Position numbers and translations under genes: made by a program. Of a DNA stretch of 64,000 nt, positions 48,454 to 58,977 are shown one piece after another. Each line of letters begins with the position of its first letter. Position 1 is the first letter of the stretch. Below the pieces are notes generated by a model. The model did no database searches, was not told the DNA's origin, and saw only the letters and a program-made list of their open reading frames with translations. Origin of the DNA: Amphiscolops sp. MND2022 (lineage: Eukaryota); assembly GCA_964187785.1 (NCBI GenBank), contig OZ076418.1, forward strand, positions 21,948,001 to 22,012,000. Direction: 5' to 3'.

Positions 48454-48628
48454 GTGGGGGCATATCCGGTGTATGCACGCTCGCCCGCGCTGTCGCAAAG
48501 ACCAGCACCAACTACGATCGCTTCGCGATCTCCGTTCTCGCTAGGTCTTTGCTCCCGTTCGACCACGCTTAGCAAGATGGGAACATAAGCGGCCCCAAGG
48601 GGCCGCGGGGCACTAGAGGAAATGGGGA
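48454..48628 (+). repeat. Hairpin-rich repeat, second copy of 46412-46590
   Basis: Colinear; hairpins GATCGC-TTC-GCGATC and GCGGCCCC-AA-GGGGCCGC followed by GGGCACTAG. Confidence 0.85.
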
Positions 48629-48717
48629 AAAATCAGTGGCAAGTTTCATACTTTAAAAATCTTCAGATATCATTCCTTCAAAGACTTTTCTGTTCTCCCC
48701 TTGTGTTTCATTCAGCA

Positions 48718-48929
48718 TTTAGGTCTTATTCCCATTTTTGGGTCTTATTCCCACTTTTTTATGTCTTGTTTGTCGTTTTTAGGTCTTGTTTTTTGCTAAT
48801 AGGTCTTCTTCCAAAAAGTAGGAAGAAGACCTAAATTTTTGGGTGTTATTCCTGAAAAATGAATTCTACTTTAGGCCTTACTCCCGTTTTGGATTTAGGT
48901 CTTATTCCGTAGGTCTAATTCCGTTCCCC
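48718..48929. repeat. Array of RGGTCTTATTCC units ending CC-GTT-CCCC (one arm of a sub-repeat MITE)
   Basis: At least 8 degenerate units visible. Confidence 0.65.
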
Positions 48930-48934
48930 TATAT

Positions 48935-49868
48935 CAAATCAGTATTGGTTCGTAGGGTCAAAATCTTGTGATATATATAAATTTTAAAATGAAGCCCCTC
49001 TTTGCGGGCAGGTATGAAACAGAACAATTTAAGAACAGTTACAATATAGTGGATGCATACATATTAGGCAGGATCGCCTACGGCAGTTTCAGTACACTAA
49101 ATAATATTTGTACCGGAGATGAAATTTATAATAATGGCACAGTCATCAGAGATGAAAAAATCAAGAGAATTGAGATGAAAGGGTCTGAAATTACGATAAT
49201 TTGGACAATAGAAGAAATAGTGGTAGCTGTTCTGCTCTGACGTTCCACAAATACACATGGGCGATGGTGTGCGGCTGTTTCCATAGGTTTTCAGCTAATC
49301 TTCGTGAGCTTCCGATGAGAAGATCGCTTATCATATTGGCAATCAGAGGGTTTCCGTCCAGTAAAGGTGAATGAATCATTTCTTGTGGCAAGTTGGAAAT
49401 GAAATTCCTGAGGAAATTGTCATTTTACGGATTGTTCCATCTGCGGTTCCAGTTATCCCTGATGAAGGCATTGATGGAGTCCCGAGTGTAAGAATGAGAC
49501 ATATGAGTTCTTTCAAACCTTCTCAGTTTGCTTAGGAGAGGGGAGGAGAGACTACTGGGTCTTGTCAATGTTTTGACATGCGTCGTGGTAAATAAATCAT
49601 CGTTATTCACTGCTTTCATTAATACTTTTATTTCAATTGAAGAACAATAACTACTTATAGTAGGAATCCCCATCGAAACTTCAAAAGCTGTTATCTTTGG
49701 AGACATGCTGTGTTTCAATATGGAGCGAATGATCCGAATTTGTACAATCTGTAGGCTTGCATAGTTTCTTTGGGCCCATATCGGCTCGGCATATAATAAC
49801 TGTGGTCTGATTATGGTTTTATACAGATAGGCTTGTGTTGGTATACTGAGGCCCCACCTGTTAGAGCA
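48935..49868 (-). mobile_element. LINE ORF2 3' part (post-RT), decayed
   Basis: LQIVQIRIIRSIL..FEVSMGIP..IRDNWNRRWN..LLIG...L; no RNase H visible. Confidence 0.7.
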
Positions 49869-52800
49869 GGCAAAGAATGGTGGAAAACAGCGTAAGAGCT
49901 AAAAACAAACGAAAGTTCATACAAAAAGAATTAGAAAACATACACGTCCACGTTGGTGTAGATATTAACTGGCTCTACACTGTCCTGAAGCATCAAAATA
50001 ACCTGAGATCCCTTGTTATACCGAAGCGCTCCAAACCCAGAAGGAGACGATTGAAGAAGCGATCGGCGTCAGCCAGGCGCCGGTGCAAAAAGCAGTACCA
50101 ACAAAAAACAATATCCACTGGTCAGCTACCTGAGCCTTCGCTGGCTTAAAGCGGCGGTCCTGAGGATAGAAGGTATTGAAAATGCCAACTAAACAAAGCA
50201 AGAAGGATAGAGAACGGACGGTGTCATCCTCAGACAAATATGCCCAATGCGGTTTTTGCACAACTCTCGCGGTAATGAGTACTTGCGCTGTGGAGTGCTT
50301 AGCTTGCAAACAAAGTTTCCAACAAGAATGTTCAGATCTGAGAGAAGTAAACATAAAAACTATAGTTGGGTTGCCCCCAGTGCACTGGTATTGTAGAAAA
50401 TGTCTTGCATTCGCTACGAAATCGCTGAAGCCCAATCGGTTGAAATCAATCTTTGAAAAACTTGACACGCTCATTCGAACAAACGAGCAACATCGAATCA
50501 GGCTCTTAGCGAGAGATTTCACAGAAGAACAATCAACTAACGCAACCTGCATTGCCTCCGAGAGCACTTTGAAAGTATCTAAAGATCTCACTGCAATCAT
50601 TCCCATAATAAACAAGGTTGCACATAGAGTTGTACACAAAATCAGATCAGTCAAGAGCGCAGACGAAAAAATGGCATGGACATATGCTTCAACTACAGCA
50701 ACTGGTTTACAAAAATCCCATGTAAAACATAAGGCGGTACCTACGCTGTACCTCAAAAAGGCGTGAGATCGGTGCTCATAATCAAGAACTCTGACGTGAC
50801 CTTCAGAAACAGCTCAGAATTTGAACGCAATTTCGCAAAATGGTTCCTACTAAAAAGCTTATATACGCCTTCAGAACAACCAGAGGACACATCCGCCTAA
50901 AATTTGAATCGCAGCAAGAATTCATAGAATTAGAGTAAACTTGGCAGCCGCCTTCTTCGGAAGTGGAACCACCTGTCGCAGATCTAGAACAAATCAGAAA
51001 CTCTTCTCTGTACTGATGAAGGATATTCCGAAGGTCCCAGGATTCTCCGATGAAAACATCACGCAAATACTCAACAAAGAACTTTCAAGCGCAAAAACAC
51101 AACGTTTCATCAAACGTGACAAAATCATGTCGAACACTGTTGAAATTAACAGGCCGAAACTATCTGACCTTGAGATAGCTTTACAGAACGGCCTGTTCCT
51201 GAACAATCAATACAATAGAACATACGAATTCAACCACAAAGAAAGGATACCTATAGATCGGCGCTACAGCTGTCAATGTTTTGGACACATGCTAAGACTT
51301 GCAATAACCTCCTAAAATGCGAAAAAAGTTCAGAGGCACATGCTACCAGCGACTGCAATGAACAAGCTGAAAAAAGTGTGGAAATTGTCAATTGAATCAC
51401 CACGGAGATGACACAAACTGTCAAACATACATGGTCCATGCCACCAAAGTATACAACCAAAGAAACATACCCATACCCTGGAAGAAAATATCGACTCTTC
51501 GATATGGAATCACAATGACTGATGGGAACAAAACTGCAGTTGACCCTAAATGGGATACCAAGCAAACTTCAATAAACAAGTACTTCAAAGACCTAAACCT
51601 GCCTTTGTTGCACTGAACTAAACTAAAAGTGCACTACCTCATGATTATTTCAACTATCGTATTTTTTCACGACACCAAAACATAATAGTGGTGGAGTCTC
51701 TCTCTGCCTACCAATGGAAGTCAGCTGTTGTGAAATTAATTCACTCCAAAGGACAACCTTCGACCCAGTTTGGTGCCTCGTGTACGTGCAAAATCTATCC
51801 TTCGTTTTGTCGTCTCCGTATGTTCCACTCAATGCAGAAGAGGAGTTTGGGGATTTCATCTTGAGCTTTGATGGAGCTAGACAATATAGTGTAGCAAATA
51901 AACTCAACGATGTTTTTTGTTGGGAATATCAATGCGAGAGGCTCTCCTTGGGGAGACACCCGGATCAACACATGCGGCGATATTCTTGAAGCATACATAG
52001 AAGAAGCTGATGCGTTGGTTTTGAACAACGGTGAACTCACGTTTTACGCAGTTAATGGGAAATCTTTCATTGATTTGACCATAACTACAGACAAAAGTAC
52101 TGACTTGAGTTACAAACAATACACAGACACAGAAACTCAACTACTAACTGGAATCCCCAGAAGAGGTCACGTTCCTGTCTTCAGTGTCCTAAAAATTCCA
52201 AATTCGTCCCCAACACACCCGAATGAAATACGACTTGGGAAACTCCGACTGAAAGGAGTGAAAAACCATATTGGAAGGAACCTCCAAAGGGTCAATCCGG
52301 AAGTTCCCATTTACAATGACGTCTACACTGCATGGGACAAAATCAGGGATACTTTTCAAGAACTTTCCCGAAAACACACTTCGAAGAAGTTTATGACAAA
52401 ACATAGGAAACCGTTTTGGAATAAAACACTAACAGAATTGACCCTTCAACTCCGGACGTTGAGTAAAGTTTTCTAGAGAACATCTACACCGGCAAATTTG
52501 CGGCGCTAAACATAGCGCGAACTGAATTTCAAAGTGATCTGAGAGTTGCAACATTCAACTGGACGCGTTCCAGACCGAACGAAATAAATAAAGGAAGACA
52601 TGGCAATCGTTTTTGGAAAGCGTTACAATAAGTGGTTCCCAGTACCCAGTAAAAAAGACATGCTCGCTCCTCTGATGTCTTCATACGGACTCCTATGTTT
52701 CTCCCTTCATGAAAAATCAAAGTTCTAATGGACACTTTTCCTCAGTGGGAGGCACCTGAAAGAAGAGATTATTGACAATACTTTCTGTGACTCTATGGAC

Positions 52801-53615
52801 AAAAGTCTGCGAATGATAAATTTCCTGGAAAAAAACTAAACCTATGAAAACTAATGGTATAATCGTGAAATTACCCTGGACGAGCCTCGGTAAATTACCA
52901 AACGCATCCAGCTCTTTAGATGACGATAATCTTCACCAAACAAAGATAGTATTTTCCTGTCTTTATTTGCGCACGTTCATCACTTTGTTTAATTGGTGCC
53001 TTGTTACATCCAAATGGCCTTGGCCTGAAGCCCGTGCTCTCTTCATCAACAAACCCTCGAAACCGGACTACACGGACCCATCTCCCTATAGACCTCTGTC
53101 AATTACTAGCCATATTGGAAATTTTTTTGTTCGGATTTCTTGATGAAAAATCAAATGATCGACCACGAACATGAAGGCTTCCTCGCAAACAGAAACACCA
53201 CGAGATCACTATTCAGATTGAAAATATTGAACATGAAAATCTGAAAACGCAGAAAAAAGATGCAGGCGTGATAAATCTAGATATGGAAAAAGATTTCCAC
53301 AGTATGTGGCAAAATGTACTCCTAGCAAAACTACGGACTGCTGGTATCCTGGGCTACCTCTTTCGTATTAATTCGACATACCTTAAAAATATACTTCTGC
53401 GAACAAAAATTAGCGGCTGCTACTATAGAAACCTCTATTTGTAGAAACAGTGTCAAAAAACATTTCTTTCATACAATGATCCTCTGAATTACAATGACAC
53501 TTTTAAAACACATCTATTCATTCCACGATCCGTTATAATAGAGTTTGCGACATTGCACATCTCCCTCCTCCTCCAGTCCGAAATGGTCGTAGTAGATCGA
53601 GGAGGACTGTCAAAA

Positions 53616-56600
53616 TCAAAAGTGGTCCCCAAGTCTCACAGGAGGACGCTTTTCTCTCTGGGACCGTCTGGGGGGAGACCGTGGGTTATCTGGGGGAATA
53701 TTTGCTAGGGGTGACTCGTTGGGTGACCCGGTTTCGTTAAGTTTATCACAACATTTGGACTTCTTGTTAGGTGATTCAGCAGAAAGGGTGTGGGGCATGA
53801 TATCTTTGTCCAGCAAAGACTCGTTCTCATCTCCGAGGGATTCATTTGGAGGGCGGTTGAACTTGAGTGGGGCTTTAATTGTAACTGCCGGTGTCTCCTT
53901 TTGCGTTGTGTGAACTGTGTACCGGTCGGAACTTGACGCTTTGCTTCCGGTCGCGGTGTTTGCGGCTTTGCTGTAGGTGAATCTTTTGTCTGTTCTGGGT
54001 TGGTTCGTTGATTCACCGGAGACAGATTCTCGGCGTTGTTGGGGGTTTTCAAAGGTTGGATGGTGTGGGTAGTACCAGGTATGTGGTCCACTACGATCTT
54101 GTCGAATTTCCGTAGAAATTTCCGATTCTATCAACTCTGACAGCGTACTGGTCGAACGGCTTGACCTCGATCACTAAGCCGGTTCGATCCCATCGCAGTG
54201 GATGATTACCTGTCTGGTTCTGGATGGTCGCCAACCCGGTCGCCAACATTAAGGGGTTGTAACCGTACCGTGTGTTCGGTGAGGCAGTCGGCATTTCTGA
54301 TGTTTCTAACACGCATTGCTTCTTCCCTGGCCCGTGATGTTTATATCCAGGTGTTGTGAGGTCTGTATGAACCAGGCAGAATGGGGATGAAGTCCTTTAT
54401 GGGTCGTCCAAAGATCATTTGTGCTGGGGACAAACCGGTATCGCGGTCAGGGGTGTTGCGGTATTGAAGCGTGCCTCTTTGAAATTTGTCGAGTTTGATC
54501 TCGCCGTTCGGACGAGTGTTGTCCATGAGCATGCGCTTGCAGGTTTTGACCCCGAGCTCGACGCGACCCTCTGAATGGGCTAGCGCAACAGATGGGAGGC
54601 GGTGATGGACACACCAGTTTTGCAACAGATGTTGTGTCGCCTCGGCTGTGAATTCAGGCCCGCCATCTGACGATAGTTCGTCTGCAATGCCATATGTGAC
54701 GAAAACTTCGCGAAGGCCTTTTACAAGACCCGAAGAACCATCTCGTGACTGCTGCACAAAAGGCCAACCAGAGTAGCGGTCCACAACCACCATGTAATTG
54801 CTGCCCTTGTATTTGTAATCCGCACAGACTGAAGGTAAAGTGGTTCCTGAGCTGCGAGCGGAGGGCCATGTGATTGACTGGGCGCACGCTCGTTGCATGA
54901 CCGGCAGCGGGCTCTCAAATTTGCAATAGCCGGCGTAATGTCCGACCAAAAGACACTAGATTCAGCCCTCGAAGTCATGCAGGAGACACCTTGATGAGCA
55001 GAATGCAGTGAGTCTAGGATTAGTGCTCCTAGTGGTAATGGGATAACAGTCCTGTTGTTGTATAGAATCACTCCATCCACTGTGCTGAGTCCATCCTTGA
55101 ATTGGAAGAATTCTCGTAAACCCGGGGCAAGATCCAATTGTGAGGTGATGCCCAGGAAAACGTCTTGGATCTTTTTTTGGAGGTTTTTTAAATTTTCATC
55201 GCGTAGGGTGTGTTCTTGGACATCGGCCCATGTAACGGCGCGAATGTCGCCGAGATTGGTGACCGCAGCAACGGCAAGCTTTTCTTCCAGATCAGCTGAT
55301 ATGTCGGGTTCCCACGTCTTGGTGGCCTCAGGAAGGCGGAGACGCGGTTCAATACAAGCAATGGAGTCCGACTCCTCGAAATCACTATGCAAGGGGAGTT
55401 TTTTTGCATCATCAGTGGGTTTCCGGCGCCTTTTGTTTCTGTCCAGGTAAATGGATTATAGAGAAACGGTATGGCAGCGTCTTCTCTTTGAGTTACAGTA
55501 GTCTTTCATTCTTGATATCGCCGAGGTGTCGGTTGTTGAGAACCCCGAGTAGCAACTTGTGGTCAGTAGCTACCATTAAGTTGTCGCAACCGAATACGAA
55601 GTGACGGGCGGACTCCAATACAAAAACCACAGCCAATGCTTCCCCTTCAAAAGGAGCACATCTTGATTCTGCTGGGTGTGTGAATCTGCTACCAGCGAAC
55701 ACTATTTTTTATCCCGTTGAGCAACAGATAGGAGTGGTGACCTCACAGGTGCAGTATCTCTGCAAGAGCCAGAAACCGATGCCTTTCTTGGACCAATCTG
55801 TGGCGAGTCATGTGAAACGTTTGGGGTCGAATATCCGGACACCCTCGGTGATTTTGTTCAGTATAGCAGCCTTGGATTGCTCGAAAACTTGTTGCAGCTG
55901 ATCATCCCAATAGAACGTTGACGACGGCTTGAGATGCTCGCGGAAAGGCGCCATGTCGTTGCGGAGGGAGTCGCAGTACGATACTTGACTGATGAGGCCA
56001 AACCAAGATCGAATGTCAGTGATGTTTTGTGGCGTAGGAAAGTCACGGATTGCGCGGGTATGTTTGTCACTGGAATGGATATCATTCAGAGTGATGACGA
56101 AACCAGCAAATTCCACCGCGTTGGAGCCAAATACAAACGTTTTGGGATTCTGAACGATTCCGTGTCGACCGCAAACGTCTAGCTAGCGACATGTTTGAAA
56201 AAAGCTCTCTTCGAGAGTGTCTGCCCATAAGCATGTGTCATCGATGCATTTGGTTTCGTTGGAGAAGTCATTGACAATTCCGTCGGATCTTCTGGTGTAT
56301 CCGTCCTGTGAAGCAGCGTAGCCTTGTGGACAAGTTTGGTATTGGTACCAACCGCATGGCGTGATGAATGTGATGAGATGGCGATCTTCTTTTTGGATTG
56401 GCACACTATGATACCCGTTCCAAGCATCGGTAATTGTTTTCTTGGTCCCTGAAGGTACCAGCGTCGCCTGGTGAAACGGGGATTGGGAGTGATGTTCGTT
56501 GAGCACCTGCATGTCCACAGTGCGTCGTGGCTTGCTGTTTTTCTTCCGAGCCGTGACCATTCGATGGCACCAGGTAACTGGTTCTCCAACTGGGACAGCC

Positions 56601-57301
56601 TCCAGAACCCCGAGTTTGACATCTCTGTCGATAGACGCTTTCACTTCCTGTTGCCAGTGTAGAGGGACTGGAGTGGGTTTGTGGACAACAATCAGTTTGG
56701 TTTCGGGGTCGACGTGGAGTTCCAACGGCGGGCCCTCGATCAAAGGGATTGTTTGGCATTCGAAAGTGTTGAAAGTGCTGCATCGGTATCTGTCTAGTAT
56801 CCAATTCTGGAGAGCAGCTCGGTTGGCCTCAGTTGCTGGGAATGGTAAAGCAGTTGGTAGTGGTGGTGGCTTGGTGCGTATGGGGCAGGAGCAGTCGCAC
56901 TCCTCGTCCCGCGGGAAGTCACTCGGGATGATTCCCAGTGTTGTACAGGCTTCCCGACTCAAGTATGCACCTTCTATCACGTCGGTCACATAGCATATTT
57001 GTGATGTCTCTATTACTTTGCCAGACCCCGATTTTCCGGAGAGTCGTAGGATAACAGCCCCTAAAATTGGGATGACGTCACGATTCACCGCCGAAATTCT
57101 TGTTTTCATGGGAATGAGGTCCGATTTTTTGAAACCCAGTCTGTGGATGATTTTGATCCAAACTAAGACAGATTGACAACCAGTATCAGCCGTCATGGCT
57201 TTTGTGATCTGGCGTGTCATTGAGTGAAGGCGGTACCCCAGCTCCTCATAGTATTTTGTGTGAGTGCGGGCGGTGAGAAAAACTGTCGGTTGTGGCGGCA
57301 A
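53616..57301 (-). pseudogene. pol (PR-RT-RH-IN) of the Gypsy element, frameshifted
   Basis: ORF fragments 56183-57301, 55808-56116, 55493-55702, 54721-55392, 54341-54949 and 53616-54134 are in Gypsy domain order. Confidence 0.9.
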
Positions 57302-57393
57302 CCGTCTTGTGATCTAGCCGTTTCTGTCGTCGAAAATGTGGTGGTCGAGGACGACCGCCCATTGAACGGTTTCATGAGAGGTGACCGAACAGT

Positions 57394-58329
57394 CTACCGA
57401 AATTTTGCATATTTTGTGAAAGACAGTGTTGGAGTCATCCACATCTTTCGTTGTGTTCCCACCGATCCTCTTGGGGGTAGACCTACAGACGTTGGCGAAG
57501 TGGTTTCTTTGTCACACTTTGAACAATGTTTGTCCCACGCCTTGCACTTCTCCTTTCTAGCCTGTGTATCACGGCCATCACCATGGCCTGGTTTTCCACA
57601 ATTTCGGCATTTGACTACGTGTTGTTCTTGGTCCGCCTGTTTATACGAGGATACTAGCGCAGCACTCGGGTTCAGGAGAGTTGCTTGTGATCGTTTACCA
57701 GCTTCCTTGGCCTCTATAAACTTTATCGTGTCCTCCAGGGTCATGTCCTGGTCGTTATGTCCCAGTACATCTTGCTGGATATCGCTGTCGCCAAGTTCTC
57801 TAATGAGAGCGTCGCAGACCATGTCGTCGGTGTGATTGACTGCTTCAAATGGATTGTGAGAGCAGTTTTTCGAGAACTTGCAGATCTTAGCTTGACCTCG
57901 TAAGCGAACGGCAAAACTCCTAACACCCTCCTCTCTGTCCTGTGTCATTGTCAAGAGAGTCATCCTGCTCACCATGGCGTTCTCAGCCTTCGCGGCTAGA
58001 TTCTTGATTGCTGCCATGTCTGAGTGGGAGCGGTGGAGGTCCTTGCGTAGACTGTCTTCACAACATTCGAGAAGCTGTAAGGTGGCATCGTGGTCGGCTA
58101 TGCGTGTGGCTGTCTTGTAGGCGTCCAACCTTGTGATAAAGTACTCCCAGTCTTCACTCGTGCTTTCTTTTGACACTTTTGGGCGAGACAATTTGTCGGG
58201 TTTGGCCTGTTGACAGGCGGCGGGGGCATGTGAATACCCGTGCACCGTGAAGAGTGCGATGGCTTGAGCCGCTTCATTATCCCCTGTGGCGTAGGTACAT
58301 TCTTCAATGGGGCAATTGAGCACCACCAT
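57394..58329 (-). pseudogene. gag of the Gypsy element at 53424-58789
   Basis: N-terminal C-x4-C..H motif, DWEYF..R...Y, QDREEGVRSFAVRLRGQA, CRNCGKPGH. Confidence 0.88.
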
Positions 58330-58977
58330 AGCTGGCGAACGCGTTCACTGGTTGATTTTCTGCTTGGAGCACACTAGACGTGATGCTAGCAAGGTAGATA
58401 TAGGAACGGGTTTGAAGTACACGATACGTGATACTTCTAGAACCGATAAAAAGAATACGCTTGAAACACACGACACGTGATACTACAAGGTGATATTCAT
58501 GAGAAACACGATTGTAGTTCCAATCCAGTTCAGGCTTTGTTACGAATAAGATGCAAAGGAACGAACTAACGGGAAAATTGTAGGTGTTCTTTGTTTGCAG
58601 GATCGTGTAGATTGCAGAAGTTGCTCGTCCACTTACTGAGAATAGAGGATCATATAGAAACCTCTATTTGTAGAAACAGTGTCAATAAAACATTCATTTC
58701 ATACAATGATCCCATGAAGTGAAATGACACTTTTAAAACACATCTGTACATTCCACGATCCGTTATAATAGAGTTTGCGACATTGTACAGCTACAGCCGA
58801 GCTTTTACCCCAAAACAAGGTCTTCCTGGAGGGAGTGTGATTTCACCGATACTATTCATTGTTTACATTGCCAACATGCTCGAAACATGCTGTGTAGTGA
58901 AGTTCAAGTATGGTGACGACTCGCAGGTCCTTGTCAGGTCAGCTAACCAGAAAATCCTTCATAACATCATTCAAAGG

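Larger units (their letters stand above)
53424..58789 (-). mobile_element. Full-length but decayed Ty3/Gypsy (Mag-like) LTR retrotransposon
   Basis: LTRs 53424-53559 and 58653-58789; 5-bp TSD GCTAC; PPT GGAGGAGGAGGGAGA; gag with CCHC (57394-58329), protease ADTG, RT (DAWNGYH, IDD), RNase H and integrase (SDGGPEF) broken by frameshifts. Confidence 0.95.
49870..58977 (+). mobile_element. APE-type LINE (I/Jockey-group-like), decayed; RT interrupted by an LTR element at 53424-58789 and cut at 58978 by a second LTR element
   Basis: ORF1: PHD-like CGFC..VECLACK..C..WYCRKC (50176-50766) and CCHC-like knuckles (~51270-51430). ORF2: APE GNINAR..WG..DLT (51910-52476); RT KPSKPDY..YRPLS, LDMEKDF; after the insertion QGLPGGSVISP and YGDD. 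Confidence 0.88.

Noticed and set aside
48589-48616. Hairpin + CTAG as a canonical Helitron 3' end
   Set aside because: Both copies continue with conserved AGGAAATGGGGA, so CTAG is not the terminus.
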